Shown here: in pieces, positions 9,835-17,488 of the stretch | Layout of the letters: every line of letters begins with the position of its first letter | How positions within the stretch are numbered: the first letter of the stretch is position 1 | Assembly: GCA_016927685.1 (NCBI GenBank) | Contig: JAFGMD010000021.1 | Coordinates: 21,913 to 85,912, forward strand | Direction: 5' to 3' | DNA length: 64,000 nt | Source: Candidatus Falkowbacteria bacterium | GTDB taxonomy: Bacteria; Patescibacteriota; Patescibacteriia; CAIXNZ01 | Made by a program: the position numbers and the translations under genes | Notes under the pieces: model-generated | Seen by the model: only the letters and a program-made list of their open reading frames with translations | What the model was told of the DNA's origin: nothing | The model's database searches: none

Positions 9835-10017
9835 TTAATTTTGTTTCATCTTCTCCCAAACTTCTTTAAATTCTGTTTCGGTCATCGGCTTGTAAATCAA
9901 TTTAAATAACTCAACGAGCTTTGCTCCCATATCATAGGCAACTTCACGGCTTATTTCCTTGCCGAAGTTTTTTTTATAGATATTCTGAAATTTTATTATT
10001 TGCTCATCGCTTAGCAT
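9835..10017 (-). CDS. hypothetical small protein
   Basis: 60-aa ORF, co-directional and tightly spaced. Confidence 0.3.
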   Translation of the reverse strand: MLSDEQIIKFQNIYKKNFGKEISREVAYDMGAKLVELFKLIYKPMTETEFKEVWEKMKQN

Positions 10018-10032
10018 AAGTAAGCATTTTAT

Positions 10033-10293
10033 TTATTCGCTATAAATCCTGTTTTTAAGCATTTTGATATTATCAAAAAGTGTGCGGGCATTAACTTTTA
10101 GGTTGTCTTGCCAGTAATTGTTTATGGCAAGGTCAATGCTTTCAGCACGCTTAAAAATAAACTGCACTTTTTTAGAATTGGTCTTGTCTAAACCAACCAA
10201 TTCATAATCAAGGGATACTAAGACAGAAGCCAATCCTAAATCAAAGGTTAAAAAAATTTCTGACGGCTGTAATTGGGAGCAATTTTTTGTCAT
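10033..10293 (-). CDS. DUF5659-like small protein (phage/plasmid-associated)
   Basis: 86 aa. The pattern FLTFDLGLASVLVSLDYELVGLD...KVQFIF...SIDLAINNYW...LKVNARTLFDNIKMLKNRIY matches my recollection of DUF5659. Confidence 0.35.
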   Translation of the reverse strand: MTKNCSQLQPSEIFLTFDLGLASVLVSLDYELVGLDKTNSKKVQFIFKRAESIDLAINNYWQDNLKVNARTLFDNIKMLKNRIYSE

Positions 10294-10303
10294 ATAATTT
10301 AAT

Positions 10304-10338
10304 GAATAATAAAAAAAGTAAGCTTAATGTTAGCTTAC
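10304..10338 (-). terminator. intrinsic terminator of the 10404..11114 gene
   Basis: Hairpin gtaagctTAATGTTagcttac; the plus-strand A-run before it gives a T-run after it on the minus strand. Confidence 0.45.
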
Positions 10339-10403
10339 TTAATTGTGTGTATTTTTGAGTAGTGGTTATTTGGGGTCTGTTTGGGGTTTATCTGGAGGCT
10401 GTT

Positions 10404-11114
10404 TTAAATATTTAATATAATATTTCCGCTATTATTTACAAATTCTTTTTGATTTAAGCCAGTCTTTAACCTAATATCTTTTACGACTTCATTTATTTTA
10501 TTGGTTATGGTTATTTCTCGTATTGATTTTTTTCTTATTGTTTCATCTCCCAAAGCTGATAATATTTTTCGAGGGTCAACGCCATTATCAACGCCATTAA
10601 GATTTAATACTTTAATAACATCTTCTCTTAAAATCTTCCTCCCCCTATTTTCAAAAGCCAAATCAAAAAGTTTTTTATATTTACCGCTATCTTTAAGCCG
10701 TTTAAATTTTTCGCCCCTCAATTCACCGTCTCCAGTTTCAGGATTATATTTAAAAATTCCATCTTGTCTTATATCTATTTTCTGAAATATAATTTGATAT
10801 TGTTTATAAACCTCATCAAATTTTGGCTGTAAAATATCTACTAAAACCGAAATAGATGTGGGCACTATCCCTAACCAATCCCATTCATACTCATTTAAAG
10901 GTGAAGGTAAATATTTTTCCTTGATTATATTTATAGCACTTTCATTATTTAATAATATCAGGGCTTTTTTCTGTTCTATTTTCGTTGGTATTGTTTTGGT
11001 AGGATTTTGAAATCTAAAATTAAGATACTCATCTTTAGGCGTGGTTAAAAATTCAGCCTTCAATTCTTGTAAAGTCCACCATACAGCTTTATTAAGTTTT
11101 TCTTCTGTTGTCAT
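10404..11114 (-). CDS. hypothetical protein (element cargo)
   Basis: 236-aa ORF. No domain recognised. Confidence 0.4.
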   Translation of the reverse strand: MTTEEKLNKAVWWTLQELKAEFLTTPKDEYLNFRFQNPTKTIPTKIEQKKALILLNNESAINIIKEKYLPSPLNEYEWDWLGIVPTSISVLVDILQPKFDEVYKQYQIIFQKIDIRQDGIFKYNPETGDGELRGEKFKRLKDSGKYKKLFDLAFENRGRKILREDVIKVLNLNGVDNGVDPRKILSALGDETIRKKSIREITITNKINEVVKDIRLKTGLNQKEFVNNSGNIILNI

Positions 11115-11227
11115 AGTAATTTAGGCTAATTTTCATAGTAATATATCTATATTTTAGCTTATTTTGATTACTTTTTCAAGATTTCAAAAGCCCTTTTAAA
11201 ATTTATCGTGTTTTGATACAATATAAG

Positions 11228-11350
11228 TGTTCACCCATAACGAAATAACCTAAAGGGAAGCTGTCCATTCATTAGCCAATTATGGCTGGAAATGGGCAGT
11301 CGAGTTCCATAATTGGCTCTCCCTTTGGGTGAACCGTTATGGGTGAACAG
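11228..11350. repeat. about 122-bp imperfect palindrome with an iteron-like GTTCACCC/ATAACG motif, followed by a small intrinsic terminator (11351-11373)
   Basis: The left arm (tgttcacccataacg ... aaaggga ... agccaattatgg) is mirrored by the right arm (ccataattggct ... tcccttt ... cgttatgggtgaac). gggtgaac occurs twice on the right. Then acagcTCGgctgt + ccttttttatt. Confidence 0.5.
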
Positions 11351-11411
11351 CTCGGCTGTCCTTTTTTATTTAACTTAAATATAAAATTAAATCTTAATCT
11401 TAATCATTTTT

Positions 11412-11999
11412 ATGGAAAACGAATTAAAAAACAACTCAAAAAGTAAAAAACCGATTTATAAAAAATGGTGGTTCTGGGTGATTATTTTCTTTTTTGTAAT
11501 GGGCATAAAGGGATTTATCGGAAATTCCATCATAACTACAGATAATACAAATAATCCCGTTAATGCTCCAAAAGAAATTGAAAATTGGAAATATGGTGAA
11601 AATGTAGATAAAATGACATCTGAAAAAATATATTATGCATACACAACTTCGACTAATCGGATTGACTTTGATTTCCCTTACAATGGTGGCTCAAATTTTC
11701 AACTGCTAGTTAGAAATGGGGGCAAAAAAAATGAGATACTTTTAAGTGTCTCTAAGGGGCAGTTTATGACAAGCATTGGTTATTCTGATGTAAGAGTTAA
11801 ATTTGATGACAATAAACCAATTGTTATAAATTATAGTTCTCCTTCAGATGGAAGTTATGATACTATATTTCTTAAGCAATCAGATACTTTAATATCTGAA
11901 TTAAAAAAGAGTAAGAAGGTCATTGTTGAAGCCGAATTTTTTGATGAAGGCAACCAACTAATAGAATTTAATGTAGAGGGTTTTAAATGGGATAAATAG
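11412..11999 (+). CDS. hypothetical membrane-anchored protein
   Basis: 195 aa with an N-terminal TM helix (WWFWVIIFFFVMGI) followed by a soluble domain. Confidence 0.4.
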   Translation: MENELKNNSKSKKPIYKKWWFWVIIFFFVMGIKGFIGNSIITTDNTNNPVNAPKEIENWKYGENVDKMTSEKIYYAYTTSTNRIDFDFPYNGGSNFQLLVRNGGKKNEILLSVSKGQFMTSIGYSDVRVKFDDNKPIVINYSSPSDGSYDTIFLKQSDTLISELKKSKKVIVEAEFFDEGNQLIEFNVEGFKWDK

Positions 12000-12071
12000 T
12001 TCTTCTTTCTCCCAAGGATAGTGAAATGGTATAAAAAAAGATGTATTTAAGATAATTAAATTAAAAAAATT

Positions 12072-12245
12072 ATGGAAGTCCTTTTTTATTGGTTGATAGT
12101 GTTGGGTATTTATTTTATACCAACCTTTCAAGCAATCAATTCACACAAGAAAAACAAAGGTGCTATTTTCGCTCTCAACTTATTGCTTGGGTGGACTATA
12201 ATTGGGTATATCGTTGCTCTTATTTGGAGTTTAACTAAGGATTAA
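12072..12245 (+). CDS. superinfection immunity protein (Imm_superinfect family)
   Basis: 57-aa ORF below the ORF-track size cutoff. LGIYFIPTFQAINSHKKNKGAIFALNLLLGWTIIGYIVALIWSL matches the family pattern (YFLP..IA..R.H.N..AIF.LNLLLGWT.IGW.VAL.WA). Confidence 0.6.
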   Translation: MEVLFYWLIVLGIYFIPTFQAINSHKKNKGAIFALNLLLGWTIIGYIVALIWSLTKD

Positions 12246-12375
12246 ATTAGGTATATAAATATACTCATTTGACTGCTTAAATATAGTTCTAATGTCATTC
12301 ACGATGTGGAGCAAGTATAATAAAAAGCCCTGCATTTATATCGCAGGGCTTTTAAAATATACAAAAATACGTTTA

Positions 12376-12633
12376 TTACCAGCCATTAGAGCTGGTACGG
12401 GCGCAGTCACTATCAGATTCACATAGATTGGGAATTGCGCATAAAAACTCAGGTAAAAGATATTTTATACGCTCTCCTAAAGTAAATTTACGCAAGTGTT
12501 TTTGTGGTTTATCCACCCATCTTAGCAAGGGCATCCTCGTATACCTGAACCAGATGCCGTCAGCTAATACTAGTGTGCCAATGCTGATAACAATGGTTAA
12601 GATAATTATCCCAGGTAAAAAAGCGTACCACAT
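12376..12633 (-). CDS. hypothetical small membrane protein
   Basis: 85 aa with an N-terminal TM helix. Confidence 0.3.
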   Translation of the reverse strand: MWYAFLPGIIILTIVISIGTLVLADGIWFRYTRMPLLRWVDKPQKHLRKFTLGERIKYLLPEFLCAIPNLCESDSDCARTSSNGW

Positions 12634-12825
12634 CTTTTCCTCCTTTCGCCTGTAAACAAACAGGCATTTTAAGACCTAAATTTTTTATACGAACCTATTT
12701 AAATTTTGCTCCACTTTTTCTTTTTTGTCAATATATTTTTTAAAAAGATTATGACTTGATTTATTTTAAAAATTCTGTTAAGTTTTTCTTATATTTGTTC
12801 TATCAAAATTCAAAGGAGAGAAATA

Positions 12826-14175
12826 ATGAAAAGAGCGTTTACTAAGGATCAAACCTGGCTACAATGCATGGATTGCGGCTATAGAGCTGATTTATTGAAT
12901 GAAAGATTCTTCCGCTGTCCAAAGTGTCAAGGACTTTATGACATTCATCATGATTTGAATCCACCCCTAAAAGCATTGGCTCGTGTTTATGAATTAGAAC
13001 GCCCTGATCTTACTTATAAGCGTGTATTTGATTTTAGAGCTGGGAAGGGTACTTCTTGGTCTGGTCCTGTTTTGTCTTCTGGTGTTTGGCGTTTTAAGGA
13101 ATTGATAATGCCATATTTACCGGAAAAGCACATTATTAGCCTACAAGAAGGTAATGTACCAATCGTACGTGCTGGAAAGTATTTACGGCAATGGGTTGGA
13201 GATTCAATTGATTTATACATTATTTTGGAAGGCCAATCTCCGACTGGCTCATTTAAGGACTTTGGCGGAACAGTGATGATGTCAATCGCCAAAGCGGCCG
13301 GCATTGAAGCGGTCTGCTGTGCTTCAACGGGTGATACCTCGGCCATGGCCGCTGCCTATGCTGCTGCTGCAAATATTCGTTGTGCAGTTCTTTTGCCAAA
13401 AGGCAAAGTAACACCAGCGCAATTAGTGCAGCCGCTTATTTATGGAGCACGAGTTATTACTTTACCAGGCGATTTCGATGATTGTATGCGCGTTATGCAG
13501 CATCTTGTGACTAATTACCGTATTTATCCTGCCAACAGCTTAAATCCCTCAAGAATTGAGGGGCATCAAGTAACAGTATTTCTTATCGCACAAAATTTCG
13601 AGTGGGAATTGCCTGATTGGATCGCTGTGCCAGTAGGAAATGGTAGTAATTGTTCTTCAGTGGGCAAGGGCTTGCGCCTTATGAGCCAAGTAGGATTTAA
13701 GGTTAAGACAAAAATTTTGGGATGCCAGTCCCAAGCCGCAAATCCTTTGGCATTGTCATGGAAAAATGCAATATCCATACAAGAATGGCAAAATGCTTAT
13801 AAGTCAATTAAGGTTGGCGAAACAACTGCTACTGCGGCACGAATCGGTAATCCTGTTTCTTGTAAAAAAGTCATGCGTGAAATCACGCTTTCAAACGGGG
13901 AAATGCAAACGGCTTCTGAAAAAGATCTTAATGAAGCAGTAGCGATTTGCGGTAGAGACGGATACTTTGTCTGTCCGCAAACAGGCATAGCCCTAGCTGG
14001 GGTAAAAAATGCAGTGCGGGATGGGCAGATTCAAAAAAATGAAAGAGTGGTGGTCGTATCTACAGCAACTGGCTTAAAATTTACTGACTCTGCATCTAAT
14101 AATCTGAAAAAGGAAATAATTTCAGCACCAAGTTGTAAAACTGAAACAGTGCTCAATCTCATTATGCACACTTAA
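12826..14175 (+). CDS. thrC: threonine synthase-like PLP-dependent enzyme with an N-terminal zinc ribbon
   Basis: N-terminal CxxC...CxxC (CMDCGY...CPKCQG). PLP-Lys motif SPTGSFKDFGG and a Gly-rich loop (VPVGNGSN) typical of the threonine synthase / cysteate synthase family. GC content is clearly higher than the surroundings. Confidence 0.65.
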   Translation: MKRAFTKDQTWLQCMDCGYRADLLNERFFRCPKCQGLYDIHHDLNPPLKALARVYELERPDLTYKRVFDFRAGKGTSWSGPVLSSGVWRFKELIMPYLPEKHIISLQEGNVPIVRAGKYLRQWVGDSIDLYIILEGQSPTGSFKDFGGTVMMSIAKAAGIEAVCCASTGDTSAMAAAYAAAANIRCAVLLPKGKVTPAQLVQPLIYGARVITLPGDFDDCMRVMQHLVTNYRIYPANSLNPSRIEGHQVTVFLIAQNFEWELPDWIAVPVGNGSNCSSVGKGLRLMSQVGFKVKTKILGCQSQAANPLALSWKNAISIQEWQNAYKSIKVGETTATAARIGNPVSCKKVMREITLSNGEMQTASEKDLNEAVAICGRDGYFVCPQTGIALAGVKNAVRDGQIQKNERVVVVSTATGLKFTDSASNNLKKEIISAPSCKTETVLNLIMHT

Positions 14176-14177
14176 AT

Positions 14178-14208
14178 TTTAAGAGGCAATCTAATGATTG
14201 CCTCTTTT
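14178..14208 (+). terminator. intrinsic terminator after the thrC-like gene
   Basis: aagaggcaatcTAATGattgcctctt followed by a T-run. Confidence 0.5.
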
Positions 14209-14387
14209 CTATTCTTGACATTTTTATAATTATATGATAAGTTAAAAAATCAAAAAGAATTTTAAAGAGTGAAAGAGGGGAGTTGGGTGAGACGACATTC
14301 CAGATGTTCTTAATTGAACTACTGTGGGTCTGTCTCGCCCCCTTTCCCTGACTATTAGTTGTTGATGGTCAAGGAAAGGAGGCAAGA

Positions 14388-14624
14388 ATGAGCAAAAAAA
14401 ATGAAAAAAAGTGGTCACCATTAGACAATGGTACAAAGGTTAGAACAACTCGATCCAAGACAAAGAAAAAAGATTGGACTCCCGAGGCATGGAAAAGCCG
14501 AAAATGGAATGTCGAGGGCTCAATAACGGGCTACCACGATTCCCACGGCCTTTGCTACGAAGTAAAGCATGACGATGGAACACTTGGATGCTATGACCCA
14601 TCAGAACTGAAAGTCCTCGAGTAA
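14388..14624 (+). CDS. hypothetical small protein (possibly DUF2945-like)
   Basis: 78 aa with an RBS ggaaaggagg. The C-terminus YEVKHDDGTLGCYDPSELK is reminiscent of DUF2945; the match is weak. Confidence 0.3.
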   Translation: MSKKNEKKWSPLDNGTKVRTTRSKTKKKDWTPEAWKSRKWNVEGSITGYHDSHGLCYEVKHDDGTLGCYDPSELKVLE

Positions 14625-14734
14625 ACCACTAAAAAAATTTTACGAGCTGTTGTTGCATAAAAAATTAAATCCCGTTGTCAAAAACAGCGGGATTTTTTTA
14701 TTTATGTTATAATTAAATCAATAATAAAATCTGT

Positions 14735-15007
14735 ATGAAAAAAATAATAATATTGATAAGCATGGTTTTGATTTTGAGTAGTTGTGTGCAAGAAAAATGT
14801 GCTAAAGAAGGTGAGAGAATAAGATTTGGGGATAATACTTTACCCGCAACTTGTTGCGGAAATTTAAAAGCTCTAAATTTAAGCTATTTTCCAGAAACTT
14901 GCGAGCAGGGTATTGGTGATATTTTGGGATGCAGTAAATGTGGTGATGGAATTTGTAATCCTCAAACATTTGAAAATAAATGCAATTGTCCTGAAGATTG
15001 CCGATAA
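14735..15007 (+). CDS. small secreted Cys-rich lipoprotein
   Basis: Signal peptide with a lipobox (LILSSC), then 11 further Cys residues. An intrinsic terminator (gagggttcTATTTgaaccctc) follows. Confidence 0.4.
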   Translation: MKKIIILISMVLILSSCVQEKCAKEGERIRFGDNTLPATCCGNLKALNLSYFPETCEQGIGDILGCSKCGDGICNPQTFENKCNCPEDCR

Positions 15008-15063
15008 AATTTATATAAAAAAAAGAGGGTTCTATTTGAACCCTCTTTGAATTTTTATTTAGA

Positions 15064-15837
15064 TTATTGCGTAAAAGTAATGGACTCAATACATATCCAG
15101 GATGCCCAATCGCCAGATTCCAATCCAAAGCTTATGTCATCTATTGTTAGTGTGTCGCTAATGTGGATGGAAATGGAACCGTAACTAGATGAGTTGCAGT
15201 CAAACGAAAAGTTTTTCGATTGAAGACCTGCCATTACCTCAAAAACTGGTTCATCGTAACATGTGTCTGCCCTTGCTCGATAGTCAAAAGAAATTGTCAT
15301 GGTTGATGGCACAATTAAAGTTGTGTTTAAACAATCAAGAACTTCGACCCCGGTAGTTGTGATATATGAGGATCCATGAGTACTAAAACCACACCTACTC
15401 TCAGGGCAGTCAAACCACGAAGTTTTTTGAACGCACATTCCATACCCATCATATATCGTAGTCGCATAGTCAGAATCAGAATATGGAGAATCTCCAGCTT
15501 TATTAAAGCCACGAGCTCGATAATAATACGTGGTTCCTGGCTTAAGTCCTGTATCGTCATAGTCATATCCATCCCCTATGGTTGCTATTTGAGTATAATT
15601 GGTTTCATCATCCTTGCTTCGCTCAATTTTTAATCCGTCTACATATACACCCATTGGTACTAATTCAAGATGGATTACTGATATTGAAACAGTATACGCA
15701 TAAAGACTGGGCTTAGGCGGAGGAACCTTTTCCTCCTCGTCTTCGTAATCAGTTGACCAGTTGCCACATGCTAAATGAACAAATATCAAGGAACAAAATG
15801 CCAGCATGACCAGAACCATTTTAACTAAATTTTTCAT
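15064..15837 (-). CDS. secreted protein with a fibronectin type III-like domain
   Basis: Signal peptide (MKNLVKMVLVMLAFCSLIFV). The FN3-like signature is YTQIATIGDGYDYDDTGLKPGTTYYYRARGFNKAGDSPYS. Confidence 0.5.
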   Translation of the reverse strand: MKNLVKMVLVMLAFCSLIFVHLACGNWSTDYEDEEEKVPPPKPSLYAYTVSISVIHLELVPMGVYVDGLKIERSKDDETNYTQIATIGDGYDYDDTGLKPGTTYYYRARGFNKAGDSPYSDSDYATTIYDGYGMCVQKTSWFDCPESRCGFSTHGSSYITTTGVEVLDCLNTTLIVPSTMTISFDYRARADTCYDEPVFEVMAGLQSKNFSFDCNSSSYGSISIHISDTLTIDDISFGLESGDWASWICIESITFTQ

Positions 15838-16013
15838 TTTACTACCTCCCGGCCTTTGGCCATTTTTGTGATGTACCCACTCTTTAAAAAATACCCTATT
15901 ATTAAAGGACTAATATCCTAATTTAAGATTACTACTGAATAAAATATTGTCAAATTGTTTTATTATGATTTAGATATGTTATAATACAATCAAGATAAAT
16001 AATAAAAAATTAT

Positions 16014-16748
16014 ATGGACAATCAAAAACAATCATTTGGCGCATTTGTTTGGGCAGGTTTAATTTTGGGCATATGTTTTATAATAGCAGCCGGACTCGGT
16101 TCTTATGCTTTTTATACTGTTAAATCATTTGATAATGCTTTGACTGTGACTGGTTCAGCTAAAAAACAAATAACATCTGATTTGGTCAAATGGCGCTCAA
16201 CGTTTTCGCGCAATATAACGCTGGATACAATAAAAGATGGCTATGCGTTAATGAAGTTAGATAATACTGCTGTTATAGCGTTTTTTGCGAAAAATGGTAT
16301 TGAAGAAGGAGATCTGACCATTTCTCCAGTGACTATGAATCAAATTTCTTGGGATAGAAATCAGGGTCCGATTGAATATGCGCTTACGCAAAATGTAGAG
16401 ATTCAATCAACTGACGTAGAGAAAATAACGCAAATTGCCAAAAATACAGAAGATTTAATTAATGCCGGAGTAATATTTTCTACGCAAGCACTAGAATATT
16501 ATTACACCAAACTGCCTGAAGCCAGAATAGAACTTTTAAGCGAAGCAGTGCAAGATGCGCAAAATAGAGCCGCCAAGCTGGTAGAATATAGCGGCAAGAG
16601 CGTAGGCAGTCTAAAATCAGCCAGCGTAGGCGTGGTTCAGTTAATGCCGGTTAATTCTACAGATGTGTCTGACTATGGCACTTATGACACTTCCACAATT
16701 GAAAAAGAAATAATGGTAACTGTCAGAACGCAATTTGTATTGAAATAA
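16014..16748 (+). CDS. SIMPL domain protein (DUF541, YggE-like)
   Basis: N-terminal TM anchor, LTVTGSAKKQI..., and a C-terminal ...VTVRTQFVL, as in SIMPL/DUF541 proteins. Confidence 0.6.
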   Translation: MDNQKQSFGAFVWAGLILGICFIIAAGLGSYAFYTVKSFDNALTVTGSAKKQITSDLVKWRSTFSRNITLDTIKDGYALMKLDNTAVIAFFAKNGIEEGDLTISPVTMNQISWDRNQGPIEYALTQNVEIQSTDVEKITQIAKNTEDLINAGVIFSTQALEYYYTKLPEARIELLSEAVQDAQNRAAKLVEYSGKSVGSLKSASVGVVQLMPVNSTDVSDYGTYDTSTIEKEIMVTVRTQFVLK

Positions 16749-16759
16749 AATTAACATTA

Positions 16760-16793
16760 AAAAACACCCCCGCGTGGTGGGGGTGTTTTTATT
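16760..16793. terminator. bidirectional intrinsic terminator
   Basis: acacccccGCGTGGTgggggtgt with an A-run before and a T-run after, between convergent genes. Confidence 0.6.
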
Positions 16794-16794
16794 A

Positions 16795-16974
16795 TTAGTA
16801 GCGATTTCTTTGTGGACGTCTTGCCCTGTGGCAATCTCTGCAAAGTAATTGATCCAATCTTGCTGGATCTGGTTCAAAAGGAAGCTCGGTAATATCAGCT
16901 CCGCAAGCAGAGCATTTCCAGTTACCTTGATACATCTTCCTTGGTTGAAAACCGCCTTGATTTCCAAAAGCCAT
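16795..16974 (-). CDS. small zinc-ribbon protein (59 aa; CxxC-x17-CxxC)
   Basis: Manual translation of the minus strand gives MAFGNQGGFQPRKMYQGNWKCSACGADITELPFEPDPARLDQLLCRDCHRARRPQRNRY. It is not in the ORF track (<60 aa). The track ORF 16641..16967 is in another frame and rejected. Confidence 0.5.
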   Translation of the reverse strand: MAFGNQGGFQPRKMYQGNWKCSACGADITELPFEPDPARLDQLLCRDCHRARRPQRNRY

Positions 16975-17165
16975 TTTGCTTTTCGTTAATAATTAAACTC
17001 GAAACAAAACGGCACTTATGTTATAAAACGAAAAATTTTATATTTATACTGCCTAATTTGCTCGATGATAATAGTATAGTACATATTAAGGTTTTTGTCA
17101 ATAAAGCTTTGACGTAAATTATTTATTAAGCTAAAATAATAAAATAAAAATAGGAGTCATTAAAT

Positions 17166-17480
17166 ATGCAAATAAAAAAGTTCCAAAGGAAAATTGAAGA
17201 TTTTATTTGTGAAAATTGCGGAAATAAAATTAAGGGCACTGGTTACACTGACCATTGCCCAAATTGTTTATATTCCAAACATGTGGATATTAATCCTGGC
17301 GACAGAAAGTCAGTATGCCACGGTTTAATGGAACCCATTAGCGTAGAACTAAAAGGTGATCAGAAAATAATTCATTACAAATGCCTTATGTGCGGTTTTG
17401 AACATCAAGTCAAGGCATTAGAATCAGATAATAAAGAAAAATTAATTGAATTGAGCACTAATCCTATAAAAATGCTATAA
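17166..17480 (+). CDS. RNHCP domain protein
   Basis: FICENCGNKI...YTDHCPNCLYSKHVDINPGDR...CHGLMEPI...YKCLMCGF matches the RNHCP Cys/His pattern. Confidence 0.55.
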   Translation: MQIKKFQRKIEDFICENCGNKIKGTGYTDHCPNCLYSKHVDINPGDRKSVCHGLMEPISVELKGDQKIIHYKCLMCGFEHQVKALESDNKEKLIELSTNPIKML

Positions 17481-17488
17481 TACAGTTA

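Larger units (their letters stand above)
6345..12650. mobile_element. putative integrated phage/plasmid-like element at tRNA-Asn (serine recombinase plus cargo); the distal boundary was not identified
   Basis: The large serine recombinase 3' end overlaps the tRNA 3' half. A co-directional block of small hypothetical genes follows (SpoVG-like, DUF5659-like), then a superinfection-immunity gene and palindromic sites. No second copy of the tRNA 3' half was found, so the extent is an estimate. Confidence 0.4.
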
